64,000 nt of DNA. Origin: an uncultured Chlorobiota bacterium. Its GTDB lineage: Bacteria > Bacteroidota > Bacteroidia > Bacteroidales > JAADGE01. Below are positions 22,328-33,603 of this stretch, one piece after another. Made by a program: the position numbers and the translations under genes. Under the pieces are notes generated by a model, which did not search any database, had not been told where the DNA came from, and saw only the letters and a list, made by a program, of their open reading frames with translations. The stretch is from the NCBI GenBank assembly GCA_947311255.1, contig CAMZKL010000016.1, forward strand, positions 30,959 to 94,958, read 5' to 3'. Position 1 is the stretch's first letter. Each line of letters opens with the position of its first letter.

Positions 22328-22641
22328 TTTTAGTTCAGTTTTTAAAGAATTGCCGAAAATAGATAAAAAAAACTAAAATATTTTTTTCATTTCAAACTTT
22401 ATCATTATACTTGCAATATATTTGAAACGAATTTCAGTTTCATCCTGAATTTAATCACTTAATCATATTTAAAGAATTGAATACATACGATAATATCGTA
22501 ATTTCAATATTTATATATTCTTCAAACTATATTCTATAAAAAAATATCCAAGTTGAAAATTGATATACAAACTACTATATAATAAATCTACAATAAATAT
22601 ATATTACTAAGAAAACTAATTAAATAATTAAAAAAATATAA

Positions 22642-24384
22642 ATGTACGACATTTTAGAACTTCAAAAAATGAAGGTTCTTGACTTGCGTGAAATAGCAAA
22701 AGGACTTGACATTAAAAAAATTGACAAATTTAAAAAACAAGACTTGATTTATGAAATCTTAGATCAAGCCGCAATTAAAGGGAATCAACCCTCTGCTAAA
22801 AAAAATGAAGAAAGAAAAACTAATACTAGAAAGCCTGTAAAACCAAAAAAACAGCCGCAGAAAGTAAATAAAAGTTTTCAGAAAAAAGAGAACATAACAG
22901 AACATAAAAAAAATCTTAAGATTGAAAAAACTTCTGAAAAAAAAACACCAATTAAGCAGAAACTTCTTGATAATAAAAAAGAAGTAAAAACTTCATCTCC
23001 TATCCAACAAAAACAAAGGAAACCTGTAGAAAGGCGAACTGATGAGAAAAAAACGGAGAATAAACAACACGAAAAGAAAAAAGAACACAAAACTTTTGAA
23101 AAAAAACAAGATAATAAACCTGAGAATAAATTTCAAGATAAAAAAAACGAAAATAAGCCAGAAAACAGGCATGTTAAGAAAGATAATAATGCAAATCAAA
23201 ATAATAAGCATAAAAAACATCCAGACAATAATAGAAACAAAAGTTTTAATCCAAAACACGAGTTTGATGCAATTATTCAAAGTTCAGGTGTTTTAGAAAT
23301 TATGCCTGACGGATATGGCTTTTTAAGATCGGCAGACTATAATTATTTTAATTCACCTGACGATATTTATGTTTCGCAATCCCAAATTAAACTTTTTGGT
23401 TTAAAAACAGGAGATACTGTAAAAGGTCAAATAAGACCTCCAAAAGACAGCGAAAAATATTTCCCTCTTATAAAAGTTGACGGTATAAACGGAAGAAAAC
23501 CAGAGAATATTAGAGATAGAATTCATTTTAAACACCTTACACCACTTTTCCCAGATGAAAAGTTTAATATAACAGCTAATAAACCTTCACTCTCAGCTAG
23601 AGTAATAGATTTATTCTCACCTATAGGAAAAGGGCAAAGAGGATTAATTGTTGCTCAACCAAAAACAGGAAAAACTGTTTTGCTTAAAGAAATTGCAAAT
23701 GCAATTGCTAATAATCATCCTGAGGTATATATGATTGTTCTACTTATAGATGAACGTCCAGAGGAGGTTACAGACATGGAGCGAAGTGTAAATGCAGAAG
23801 TTGTTGCTTCAACCTTTGATGAACCGGCAGACAGGCATGTGAAAGTTTCTGAAATGGTAATTCACAAAGCAAAAAGATTAGTGGAATCCGGACATGATGT
23901 TGTTATTCTTTTAGACTCAATTACCAGATTAGCAAGAGCATACAATACTGTCTCTCCATCTTCCGGGAAAGTTCTATCGGGTGGGGTAGAAGCAAGTGCA
24001 TTGCATAAACCTAAAAGATTTTTTGGGGCAGCCAGAAATATTGAAAATGGAGGTTCTTTAACAATTATTGCAACTGCTTTGATTGATACAGGTTCAAAAA
24101 TGGATGAAGTTATTTTTGAAGAATTTAAAGGAACAGGAAATATGGAACTTCAATTAGACCGAAATTTATCAAATAAAAGAATATATCCTGCTGTTAATAT
24201 TACAGCTTCAGGTACAAGAAGAGAAGATCTTTTATTTGGAAAAGATTTACTTAGTAAAATGTATATTCTAAGAAAATATTTAGCAGATATGAACCCTGTT
24301 GAAGCTATGGAATTTATGAAAGAAAGATTAATGAGAACTAGAAGCAATGAAGAGTTTATTATTTCAATGACTTCTGGAGATTAA
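22642..24384 (+). CDS. rho: Transcription termination factor Rho with long N-terminal low-complexity insert
   Basis: [72 protein letters not shown]. Confidence 0.98.
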   Translation: MYDILELQKMKVLDLREIAKGLDIKKIDKFKKQDLIYEILDQAAIKGNQPSAKKNEERKTNTRKPVKPKKQPQKVNKSFQKKENITEHKKNLKIEKTSEKKTPIKQKLLDNKKEVKTSSPIQQKQRKPVERRTDEKKTENKQHEKKKEHKTFEKKQDNKPENKFQDKKNENKPENRHVKKDNNANQNNKHKKHPDNNRNKSFNPKHEFDAIIQSSGVLEIMPDGYGFLRSADYNYFNSPDDIYVSQSQIKLFGLKTGDTVKGQIRPPKDSEKYFPLIKVDGINGRKPENIRDRIHFKHLTPLFPDEKFNITANKPSLSARVIDLFSPIGKGQRGLIVAQPKTGKTVLLKEIANAIANNHPEVYMIVLLIDERPEEVTDMERSVNAEVVASTFDEPADRHVKVSEMVIHKAKRLVESGHDVVILLDSITRLARAYNTVSPSSGKVLSGGVEASALHKPKRFFGAARNIENGGSLTIIATALIDTGSKMDEVIFEEFKGTGNMELQLDRNLSNKRIYPAVNITASGTRREDLLFGKDLLSKMYILRKYLADMNPVEAMEFMKERLMRTRSNEEFIISMTSGD

Positions 24385-24404
24385 GGCTTAATATTTGTAT
24401 AATG

Positions 24405-24448
24405 AAATGCACTTGACCATAACAAATTGGTTAAGTGCATTTTTTTTT
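24405..24448 (+). terminator. Intrinsic terminator after rho
   Basis: AAATGCACTTGACCA-loop-TGGTTAAGTGCATTT followed by a T run. Confidence 0.8.
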
Positions 24449-24479
24449 CTTAAAATCTATTTATATCTAAATTTTATTA

Positions 24480-26864
24480 ATGAATAAGTTTTTTTTAGTA
24501 TTTTTCTTTTTTCTTTTTTCTTTAAAATCATTTTCACAACAAGTTTTTGTTGTTGATGAAAATATGAAACCAATTGAGCACGTTGTTATTTATAACGATT
24601 TTCATTCTGTTTTTACAAATTTTATGGGAAAAGCTGATGTAAGTGAATTTGTTGATAATAAGATAATTATATTTAAACATACTTCTTATAAAGATATTCA
24701 TATTTCATATGAAGAAATTAAAAATAACAATTTTACTATTAAATTAACAGAAAGCACACTAAATCTCAATGAAGTTGTGATTTCTGCAAACAGTTGGGAA
24801 CAAAATAAAAATGAAGTCCCTAACAGAATTAATGTAATTTCAAAAAAAGTAATAGCATTTAATAATTCTCAAACAACTGCAGATTTATTGAAAACGTCTG
24901 GCGAAGTTTTTATTCAAAAAAGTCAACTTGGAGGAGGAAGCCCCATGATTAGAGGCTTTTCCGCAAACAGAGTGTTGCTTGTCGTTGATGGAGTAAGAAT
25001 GAATAATGCAATATTTAGAAGTGGGAACTTACAAAACGTTATTTCATTAGATGCAAACTGCATTGAAAACTCCGAAATTATTTTTGGACCTGGTTCAGTT
25101 GTATATGGTAGTGATGCTCTTGGCGGTGTAATGGATTTTCATACTTTAAAACCAAGTTTCTCAAAGCATGATAGCCTTAAATTTTCAGGGAATGCAATGA
25201 TGAGATTTTCATCAGCAAATAATGAAAAAACAGGGCATATTGATTTTAATATAAGTAGAAAAAAAATTTCAAGTATTACAAGTTTCTCATACAGTAATTT
25301 TGATGATTTAAAAATGGGAAATATTGGAAATGAAGAATATAAAAGAACAGAATATGTTGAAACAACAGAAGGTATTGATGTTGTTGTGAAAAATACGAAT
25401 GGAAATATTCAAAAATTTTCAGGATATAATCAAATTAATTTAATGCAGAAAGTTAGTTTTAAACCCACTAAGTTTTGGAACTTAACTTATGGTTTCCATT
25501 ATTCAAAGACTTCTAATGTTCCTCGCTATGATAGGCTTTTGCAATATAGCAAAGGTAAATTAAAATACGCAGAATGGTTCTATGGACCACAACAATGGAT
25601 GATGAATAATTTTACTTTTAAAAAAACAAAAGAAACAGTATTGTTTTCAAAAGCAAAATTAGTATTAGCACAACAAGATTATTCTGAAAGCAGACATGAC
25701 CGGAAATTTGGCAATGCAGAAATAAGAAAAAGATATGAAAATGTTAAGGCTTTTTCAGCAAATCTTGATTTTGAAAAGAAACTTAAAAATAAATTATATC
25801 TTTTTTATGGGACAGAATTTGTTTTAAATAAAGTCTATTCAATAGGAAAAAAAGTTAATATTAATGATGGTACTGAAACAATTGTTGCAAGTCGTTACCC
25901 AAATAATTCTACTTATTCGAGCTTTGCTTCTTATATTTCTTTTAAGAAAAATATTACAAAAAAAATAACTTTTAGTAGTGGAATAAGATATAATAGAATT
26001 TATGCTTATGCAAAATTAGATACAGTATTTTATGATTTTCCTTTTCAGGCAATAGATTTAAATTTAGGTGCTTTTAACGGAAGTGCCGGTTTTGTTTTCA
26101 GACCAGATACTTGGCAAATAAGTGTTAATTTATCTTCCGGATTCAGAGCTCCAAATATAGATGATATGGCAAAAGTTTTTGATTCTGAACCTGGAAGTGT
26201 TATTGTGCCTAATGATGATTTAAAACCGGAACTTGCATATAATACAGATTTTGGAATTGTAAAAATAATAAATAATAAGATTAAAATTGATGTTACAGTA
26301 TTTTATACTTTCTTGAATAATGCACTAATTAGGAAAGACTTTACTTTTAATGGACAAGACTCAATTTTATATGACGCAGAAATGAGCAAAGTTCAAGCCA
26401 TTGTTAATGCTGATAATGCAATTATTTATGGTTTTCAAATTTCATTAAAAGCAGAATTAATTAATAATCTTAATTTATCTTCAAATTATACTTTTACAAA
26501 AGGCTTTGATTCTGAAAATAAACCATTAAGACATGTAGCTCCGGCATTTGGAACTACACATTTAATATTTCAGAAAAATAGATTTAAATTTGATTTGTAT
26601 TCCGAATATAATACTCAAATTTCGGCTGATAATTTAGCTGAATCTGAAAAAAATAAAAAATATATGTATGCTATTGATAATAAGGGTTATCCATATTCTC
26701 CTTCTTGGTGCACTTTTAATATAAATTCTTCATGGAAAATAAATAAAACTTTTACTATAAAAGCCGCTGTTGAAAATATTCTGGACTATAGATACCGTCC
26801 ATATTCTTCCGGAATTGTTGCAGCGGGTAGAAATTTTGTTTTTTCATTGAGGCTTAATTTTTGA
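24480..26864 (+). CDS. TonB-dependent receptor (non-SusC; possibly iron/heme/cobalamin class)
   Basis: LNEVVISA TonB box, SPMIRGF..NRVLLVVDGVRMN plug, GPGSVVYGSDALGGV, GFRAPN, GRNF...NF C-terminus. Confidence 0.92.
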   Translation: MNKFFLVFFFFLFSLKSFSQQVFVVDENMKPIEHVVIYNDFHSVFTNFMGKADVSEFVDNKIIIFKHTSYKDIHISYEEIKNNNFTIKLTESTLNLNEVVISANSWEQNKNEVPNRINVISKKVIAFNNSQTTADLLKTSGEVFIQKSQLGGGSPMIRGFSANRVLLVVDGVRMNNAIFRSGNLQNVISLDANCIENSEIIFGPGSVVYGSDALGGVMDFHTLKPSFSKHDSLKFSGNAMMRFSSANNEKTGHIDFNISRKKISSITSFSYSNFDDLKMGNIGNEEYKRTEYVETTEGIDVVVKNTNGNIQKFSGYNQINLMQKVSFKPTKFWNLTYGFHYSKTSNVPRYDRLLQYSKGKLKYAEWFYGPQQWMMNNFTFKKTKETVLFSKAKLVLAQQDYSESRHDRKFGNAEIRKRYENVKAFSANLDFEKKLKNKLYLFYGTEFVLNKVYSIGKKVNINDGTETIVASRYPNNSTYSSFASYISFKKNITKKITFSSGIRYNRIYAYAKLDTVFYDFPFQAIDLNLGAFNGSAGFVFRPDTWQISVNLSSGFRAPNIDDMAKVFDSEPGSVIVPNDDLKPELAYNTDFGIVKIINNKIKIDVTVFYTFLNNALIRKDFTFNGQDSILYDAEMSKVQAIVNADNAIIYGFQISLKAELINNLNLSSNYTFTKGFDSENKPLRHVAPAFGTTHLIFQKNRFKFDLYSEYNTQISADNLAESEKNKKYMYAIDNKGYPYSPSWCTFNINSSWKINKTFTIKAAVENILDYRYRPYSSGIVAAGRNFVFSLRLNF

Positions 26865-28100
26865 TTTATTAATCTTAATAGTCTTATTTTTTATAATTGG
26901 CTTTGCCCAAAAACTAATGCTTAAAACATAAGCAAGTGCTAAATAATTTAAGAACATTCCTGTTTTTAAACTTGTAAGGTCGCTCAAAAAACCTATTAAA
27001 AGTTGAACAACTGCACCACCCATAATTCCTGTCATTAAAATTCCGGCAAATGAACCGTGATGTTTTAAAACAGAATTTAATGCTAATGAAATTATTATAG
27101 GGTACATTACTGATAAAAACAATCCGCTGACTTGAAATGAATACAAAGAAATTTGTGCTGTTCCGAATAATGCTCCCGTTAAACTTAAAAGAGCAAGAAT
27201 TGTAAATATTTTAAGAACTAATTTACTGTCAATTAATTTTAGTAAAACCAAACCAATTATTCCTCCTATTGTAAGAAGTCCCCAGAAATTTCCAACTGAA
27301 TTTGCCCCAACTGTCTCATAATCAAACCCATGATATACTTGCAGGAACTTTGACATCCAATATGAAATTCCTTGTTCTGCACCCACATAAGCAAAAATTC
27401 CTAAAAAATAAAGAATAACTAACTTGTTTTTAAATAAGTCAAAATAACTTTCTTTTGTTCCGACTTTTTCGTCTTCTTTAAGCTCAATTTTCGGAAAAGA
27501 AAAAAATAAAATTAAAAAAATCATTATTAAACTTGCAATTGCAAATAACCAGTAAATTGATACCCACGACATACTTTCCGGTGTTAAATCTGAAAGTGTT
27601 TTTATGAAAAATCCTTGACTGTTATTATTAATGTTTGTAACTAACCAAGAATAAATTTTAGGACTGATAAATGATGCTGCACCAAAAATTAATTGAGCAA
27701 GAACAGATGTAAAAGCATAATGTTCCTCACCTCCGGCAACTCTGAGTAAAGGGTTTATAACTACTTGTAAAATAGCCATTCCTGTACCGATGGTAAATAA
27801 TGAAAAAATAAAAATTCCGAAAGAAGGCAGTTCAGAAAATAAAATTGAACCCAATAGTGCAAGAACAAATGCAAAAATCATCATTTTTTTAGCACCATAT
27901 TTTTCTAATAGAAAACCTGCCGGAATTGACATTACACCATAAGCAATAAAAAAAGAAAAGGGTAAAAAACCTGCCATTGTTTCGCTAAGACTGAAACTTG
28001 ACGAAACACTCGGATTTAAAGCCCCAAGAATATTTGTTAAAAATGATATTACAAAAAATGTTATAAGTATAAGTAATACAATGGCGTAATTTCTTTTCAT
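26844..28100 (-). CDS. Sugar MFS permease (GluP/FucP-like family), last gene of the PUL
   Basis: FFIAYGVMSIPAG, LQVVINP, GIFAYVGAEQ, SVMYPII, GIMGGAV. Confidence 0.88.
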   Translation of the reverse strand: MKRNYAIVLLILITFFVISFLTNILGALNPSVSSSFSLSETMAGFLPFSFFIAYGVMSIPAGFLLEKYGAKKMMIFAFVLALLGSILFSELPSFGIFIFSLFTIGTGMAILQVVINPLLRVAGGEEHYAFTSVLAQLIFGAASFISPKIYSWLVTNINNNSQGFFIKTLSDLTPESMSWVSIYWLFAIASLIMIFLILFFSFPKIELKEDEKVGTKESYFDLFKNKLVILYFLGIFAYVGAEQGISYWMSKFLQVYHGFDYETVGANSVGNFWGLLTIGGIIGLVLLKLIDSKLVLKIFTILALLSLTGALFGTAQISLYSFQVSGLFLSVMYPIIISLALNSVLKHHGSFAGILMTGIMGGAVVQLLIGFLSDLTSLKTGMFLNYLALAYVLSISFWAKPIIKNKTIKINKSKIKPQ

Positions 28101-28130
28101 TGTTCTATTTTAAATTTTGTAAATAAAAAT

Positions 28131-28162
28131 ATATCTGCCTGTTTTTAAAAACAGACAGATAT
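28131..28162 (-). terminator. Hairpin/terminator between the surface lipoprotein and MFS genes
   Basis: ATATCTGCCTGTTTTT/AAAAACAGACAGATAT inverted repeat with a T-rich tail on the minus strand. Confidence 0.6.
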
Positions 28163-28180
28163 TTATAAGATGCTATTTTT

Positions 28181-29023
28181 CTATGGAATATCAGGATTTG
28201 TTCCTTTTTTCTTAAAACTCCAACCCCAACCTGTTTCTTCCGAATCTAATTGGTCTTGCCACAAAATTAATTGGTTATCTGTTAAAAGTTTTATTTCATA
28301 AGTTCCGTTTATTGTTGTTGCCGGATTTGTACAATCAATGTTATAATCAAGAATATACGGATTTTTAACTGTTAAAGTCATATTTTCGGTATCAAGAATA
28401 AATGTTCCGTGTACACCTTCATCGCCTTCAACATGATGGTATGTATAATTTATTCCTCCGGTTAAATCAAAAACCATTTCCCCGTTTATATCAGGCGTTA
28501 TTTGTACACACTGTCCCCAACTCCAACTTGGTTGCCATCCATCGCCGTTCCAAGCATCAAGTTCTGCTTGATTTCCTGTTTGGTAGCAATAATCCGGTAA
28601 ACCTGTTGCGGGGTCTGTATTATACACCCAGGTTGTTCCGGAACCTGCACCTGTAAGTTCTTTCCACACAGGCATATTTGCAACTTCAGGGTCATTATTA
28701 TCTACTGTAAAAGTTTTTGTTGTTGTTATTCCTTCGCCTCCTGTTCCTGAAATTTTGCAAGAAACCGTATAATCGCCAGCAAAAGGGTAGTATGATGTAA
28801 CTTTCTGTCCTGTTGCTACTTGTCCGTTTCCTAAATCCCATGAAAAAATAAAACTTCCTTCGGATATTGCCGTAAAAACCGGATTGTATGGGTCTGAATT
28901 GTTAATTTTAATTTCTCCTGATGTCGGAGGATTTCCAAGACTGCCAAATTTGTCTTTTTGCGGTTGGCAAGAATAAAGTATCGCCAAAATAAATATTATT
29001 GTAATATATTTTATATGTTTCAT
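28181..29023 (-). CDS. PKD-domain lipoprotein, probable surface glycan-binding protein of the PUL
   Basis: Lipobox LYSC; FSWDLGNG...YYPFAGDYTV PKD pattern; Trp-rich C-terminal half; follows susD. Confidence 0.75.
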   Translation of the reverse strand: MKHIKYITIIFILAILYSCQPQKDKFGSLGNPPTSGEIKINNSDPYNPVFTAISEGSFIFSWDLGNGQVATGQKVTSYYPFAGDYTVSCKISGTGGEGITTTKTFTVDNNDPEVANMPVWKELTGAGSGTTWVYNTDPATGLPDYCYQTGNQAELDAWNGDGWQPSWSWGQCVQITPDINGEMVFDLTGGINYTYHHVEGDEGVHGTFILDTENMTLTVKNPYILDYNIDCTNPATTINGTYEIKLLTDNQLILWQDQLDSEETGWGWSFKKKGTNPDIP

Positions 29024-29039
29024 AATATATGCTTTTAAT

Positions 29040-30515
29040 TTAATAAGGATTTTGTGTTAAATTAGGATTAAGATTTATCTCAATTTGAGGAATCAGAAGG
29101 TATCTTTTATTATCTGTAAAGCCGGTAATTAAATTACCCCTTCCTGTTCTCATTAAATCCCAATATCTGTGTCCTTCCATTGCAAGTTCAACACGTCTTT
29201 CGTGATATACTGCCTCTAATGGGTCGGAAATAGTAGATGTTCCTAGACCAACTCTTGCTCTAACTCTGTTTACAGGTGTTTGCCAGTCTCCGCCAATATG
29301 TGCAGCTGCTTCTGCTTGCCATAATAATACATCTGCAAAACGAATAACATGTAAATTCATTCCCGCTTGGTCTTCTCCGTTTCCTCTTTGGCTTGCCGGC
29401 AATGCTCTTTTTTGATTATAATATCCAGTGTAACTATCTGGATTATGTACGGGGTCTTGCAGGGTATAAAAAGTTTCCTCATCTCCGGTCCCTGCCCATA
29501 ATACTTCTAAATTTGTAATTATTGTAGAATCTCGTCTTGGGTCTGTTGCTTCAAATTCGTCATATAAATCTTGTGTAGGTTGGTCAAATCCCCATCCTCC
29601 GTTTCTGTCATCACGGCTTCTCATAATAACTTCAAGATGTGCTCCTTCATTTTCGTCTAACCAACCCGGCATTTGAAAATCTTTAAATTGAATATCGAAA
29701 ACAGCTTCTACTCCATTATCTGCATCAATTGTAAAGAGATGTCCGTAATCAGTATCTAAATCAAATTCTCCCGAATCAACAACTTCTGTTGCAGCATCAT
29801 AAGCATCTTGCCATTTTTCTTCAAAAATATATGTTTTTGTAAGCAGAGCTTTTGCAGATCCCCAAGTTGCTCTTCCTATTTCTTGTGCCGATAAACTGCT
29901 TTTTTTCGGCAAATCAATAATAGCTTCTTTCAAATCTTTTTCAATTGCTGCATAACATTCTTCAATAGTATTTCTGGGATTAGTATATTCCGAAGGAGCA
30001 AGAATATGGTCAACAATAGAAACTCCGCCAAAAGTTTTCACTAAATTAAACAGATAAAAAGCACGTAAGAATTTTGCTTCTGCAATAACTCTTTTTCCGA
30101 CAACATTGCTAACATATTCATTGCCCGTTACACCTTCTATTAATTTATTTGCCCGGTTTATTCCTATGTAAAAGTCTCTGTATCTTTCATATACTAATGG
30201 GTTTTCGGCATTTGCACTAAAAGTTGTAAGTGCAAAAATTTCTGCATAGTCGCCGTCTCCACCACCGCCTTTTTCTGCATCATCGGAACAAGCATCACCA
30301 ATTGCCCATTCTGTTAATTGAGAATAATTATATCTTCCCAAAGGGTCATAAACTCCTGCCAAAGCATTTAATGCGGCATCATCGTTTGCAAAATATGCGG
30401 CATCTGCCATTGTCGGAGGCGGAGTATTTAAAAAATCTTTTGTATTACACGATTGTATCACAATTATTGTGAATAAAAGTGATAATGATTTTAATATTAT
30501 TTTTTTTATGTTCAT
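29040..30515 (-). CDS. susD: SusD/RagB family lipoprotein
   Basis: Lipobox IQSC; EAKFLRAFYLFNLV, IRFADVLLWQAEA, ERRVELAMEGHRYWDLMR, NPNLTQNPY. Confidence 0.93.
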   Translation of the reverse strand: MNIKKIILKSLSLLFTIIVIQSCNTKDFLNTPPPTMADAAYFANDDAALNALAGVYDPLGRYNYSQLTEWAIGDACSDDAEKGGGGDGDYAEIFALTTFSANAENPLVYERYRDFYIGINRANKLIEGVTGNEYVSNVVGKRVIAEAKFLRAFYLFNLVKTFGGVSIVDHILAPSEYTNPRNTIEECYAAIEKDLKEAIIDLPKKSSLSAQEIGRATWGSAKALLTKTYIFEEKWQDAYDAATEVVDSGEFDLDTDYGHLFTIDADNGVEAVFDIQFKDFQMPGWLDENEGAHLEVIMRSRDDRNGGWGFDQPTQDLYDEFEATDPRRDSTIITNLEVLWAGTGDEETFYTLQDPVHNPDSYTGYYNQKRALPASQRGNGEDQAGMNLHVIRFADVLLWQAEAAAHIGGDWQTPVNRVRARVGLGTSTISDPLEAVYHERRVELAMEGHRYWDLMRTGRGNLITGFTDNKRYLLIPQIEINLNPNLTQNPY

Positions 30516-30527
30516 AACTTTAATGTT

Positions 30528-33500
30528 TTAAAAGGTTAAATTAATTCCTAAACTATAAACTCTTGCTTGCGGGTAAAAACCTCTGTCAACTCCAATGTCA
30601 AGCGGATTATAATTATTTGTGCCTATTTCTGGATCTAGTCCCGAATATTTTGTAAGAGTATATAAGTTTTGAGCATTTATATAAATACGCAATTTTTGTA
30701 AATGTGTTTTTTTAAGAATTGATGAACTTAAACTGTACCCTAATTGCAAAGTTTTTATTCTTAAAAAAGAACCGTCTTCAATAAACCTGTCAGACATTAA
30801 AGAATTGTTAACATCAGCAGCATTCATTCTGGGGTAGCGAGCATCGTTTTGTGTGCCTTCACCTGTCCATCTGTTTGTCATATCACTTCCAAGGTTCCAA
30901 GTTGCAGTAGATGATCTTTTATAAAAAGATGTTCCGTTAAAAATTTTATTTCCCTGAACTCCTTGCAATGCTAAATTAAAATCAAAACCTTCGTACATTA
31001 AGTTTGCATTTAAAGCAAAAGTGTATTCCGGAAGCGGACTGCCTAGGAAGAAAAAATCTAATTCTCCGTCGTTATCAGCATCAACATATCTAACATCACC
31101 AGGAGCAACATTTGTTTGTGCTGATTGTGCATCAATTTCTGCTTGATTTTGAAAAATTCCGTCTGTTTTGTAGCCATAAAATTGTGCAATCGGTCTTCCT
31201 GCAACAGTTCTTGTAACATTATAAGAGTTCATAAAAGGAGCACCGTCAATAAACGCATCTTCAACACCGAGGCTTATAACTTCATTTTTAATTTTACTGA
31301 AATTAAGACCAAATGAATATTTTAATTTTTTATCATAATTTGTATAAACTGTTGAAAACTCTATTCCTGAATTTTTCATATCTCCGACATTTTGAACAGG
31401 AGGTGATTCAATACCTGTTTGTGCAGGAACCGGTTTTGACATAAGCATATCAGTTGTGTTTTTAATGAAATATTCAATTGTTCCTGATAATTTTCCTTTA
31501 AAGAAGCCGTAATCTATTCCAAAATTTGTAGTTGTTGAAGTTTCCCATTTTAATTCAGGATTTCCCACGCTCGGAAATGAACTTCCGGAAACAAGATTGC
31601 CTCCCCAAATATAATTTGCACCCGAACTTGCAGTTGTAACAGCAGAATAGGGAGGAACACTTCCTTGATTTCCGATTTGTCCCCAACCGGCTCTTAATTT
31701 TAAGTTGCTGACATTCTTAAAATCTTGCATAAATCCTTCTTGCGAAATTACCCAACCAGCAGAGAATGAAGGAAAATATCCCCAAATATTCTTTTTAGGA
31801 AATTTTGAAGAGGCATCTGCTCTGAAATTTGCGGTTAATAAATATTTATTGAGATAGTTATAATTAATTCTTGCTAAATATGAAAGCATTTTTGTTTGAC
31901 TTATACTTCCCCAAACAGTTGCGGCATTATTTCCTGTTGCATTATCAATATATCTTATATCTGGGTTGTCTGATGGAACATTGTTAACTGAAATGCCGTT
32001 GTATTTATATTCAAAACTGTATGTTTCGGCACCGATTAAAGCACTTAAAGTATGTTCTCCGTATGATTTTTTATAGTTTAATGTGTTTGACCATTGCTTT
32101 GTAAGTCTGTTAGAATTGTTTTTGAATAAATTACTGATTGAGTTTTGTTGAACAGAACTTACATAATAAACAGGTTTATATTCATCGGTTTCGCCAAAAG
32201 AATATTCCAAAGAATAACTTGTTTTGAAATTTAGATTTTTTGCTATTTTAAGGTCTGCGAAAATATTTCCGATGGTTCTGTAAACTACATCATTATTGTT
32301 AGTGTATTCTAGTATTGCAGCGGGGTTCCAAGTGTCATTGTAAATGCCTGCTGCATATGTTCCGTCATCATATTTGACTTGTGATGCCGGGTCTTTTGAA
32401 ATTGATGTAATAATTATGCTTGTCCATTCGTCTTGTTCTGCAACATTTTTGTATTTATCTTTTGCAAGAGTAATGTTTTCACCGATTTTTAACCAAGATT
32501 TTACATTGTAAGATGAGTTTGCTCTGAAAGAAATTCTGTCGAAACTTGTTTTTTTAACAATACCTTCTTGCTTAAAGGTGTTTGCACTAAAAAAATAGTT
32601 TCCTTTTTTATTTGCGCCTGAAAAAGAAATGTCATTACTGTTTATTACAGCATTTTTATTTGATATTTCATTGAACCAGTTTGTGTTTTTTAATGCAGAG
32701 GGGTCGGTTATCGGGGCAGTATTTCCTGCTGCAACCATTGCTTCATTTTTTAAAGTTCCCCAAGTTTGGGCATCAAGAACATTTGTTGAACGCCAGAAAT
32801 TTTGAACTCCGTAGTATGAATTAAAAGTAACTTGTCCGCCTTTTTTTCCTTTTTTTGTTGTAATAATTACAACTCCGTTTGAACCTCTTGAACCGTAAAT
32901 TGCTGTTGCAGATGCATCTTTAAGTACTTGTATTGATTCAACATCGTTTGTATTTAAAAAATCAACATCGTCAACCATCATTCCGTCAACAACATATAGA
33001 GGTTCAGAATCATTAATTGTTCCTATGCCTCTAATTCTTACCATAACACCTCCGCCGGGAGTTCCTGAATTTGATGTTACACTGACTCCCGCAATTTGTC
33101 CTTGCAATGCTTGGTCAATTGTGCTTACCGATTTTTTTGCAACTTCATCCATATCTACTACGGAAACAGAGCCTGTGAGATCTTTCTTTTTTTGAGTTCC
33201 GTATCCAACAACAACAACTTCATCTAAGTCTAATAAATCAATATCAAGTTGAATATCTATTTTTGTAAGATTTTTTATTTCAATAGTTTTAGGGATATAT
33301 CCTATGTAAGAAACTTGAATGGTTTTTGTAACTTCAGGTACATTAATTGTGTATTTTCCGTTAGAATCAGTAATAGTAGCAATGTTGGTATTAGGTATAA
33401 TTACAGTAGCACCAACTATTGTTTGATTTGTGTTTGATGCAGTAACAGTTCCCGATATTATTTTTGTTCTGTTTTGTGCATTTATATTACTTTGTATCAG

Positions 33501-33572
33501 TAATAAAAACGTAATTAAAAAACTAAGTTTAATAAAAACGTTTGTCTTTGATTTTGTTTTAAAAATATCCAT
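30528..33572 (-). CDS. susC: SusC/RagA TonB-dependent transporter
   Basis: LDEVVVVGYGTQKK, VRIRGIGT, VLKDASATAIYGSRGSNGVVIITTKKG, LKWETSTT, FIEDGSFLRIK, YPQAR. Confidence 0.95.
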   Translation of the reverse strand: MDIFKTKSKTNVFIKLSFLITFLLLIQSNINAQNRTKIISGTVTASNTNQTIVGATVIIPNTNIATITDSNGKYTINVPEVTKTIQVSYIGYIPKTIEIKNLTKIDIQLDIDLLDLDEVVVVGYGTQKKKDLTGSVSVVDMDEVAKKSVSTIDQALQGQIAGVSVTSNSGTPGGGVMVRIRGIGTINDSEPLYVVDGMMVDDVDFLNTNDVESIQVLKDASATAIYGSRGSNGVVIITTKKGKKGGQVTFNSYYGVQNFWRSTNVLDAQTWGTLKNEAMVAAGNTAPITDPSALKNTNWFNEISNKNAVINSNDISFSGANKKGNYFFSANTFKQEGIVKKTSFDRISFRANSSYNVKSWLKIGENITLAKDKYKNVAEQDEWTSIIITSISKDPASQVKYDDGTYAAGIYNDTWNPAAILEYTNNNDVVYRTIGNIFADLKIAKNLNFKTSYSLEYSFGETDEYKPVYYVSSVQQNSISNLFKNNSNRLTKQWSNTLNYKKSYGEHTLSALIGAETYSFEYKYNGISVNNVPSDNPDIRYIDNATGNNAATVWGSISQTKMLSYLARINYNYLNKYLLTANFRADASSKFPKKNIWGYFPSFSAGWVISQEGFMQDFKNVSNLKLRAGWGQIGNQGSVPPYSAVTTASSGANYIWGGNLVSGSSFPSVGNPELKWETSTTTNFGIDYGFFKGKLSGTIEYFIKNTTDMLMSKPVPAQTGIESPPVQNVGDMKNSGIEFSTVYTNYDKKLKYSFGLNFSKIKNEVISLGVEDAFIDGAPFMNSYNVTRTVAGRPIAQFYGYKTDGIFQNQAEIDAQSAQTNVAPGDVRYVDADNDGELDFFFLGSPLPEYTFALNANLMYEGFDFNLALQGVQGNKIFNGTSFYKRSSTATWNLGSDMTNRWTGEGTQNDARYPRMNAADVNNSLMSDRFIEDGSFLRIKTLQLGYSLSSSILKKTHLQKLRIYINAQNLYTLTKYSGLDPEIGTNNYNPLDIGVDRGFYPQARVYSLGINLTF

Positions 33573-33603
33573 ATGTTTTGTTTATTAATTATTGTTTCAA
33601 ATT

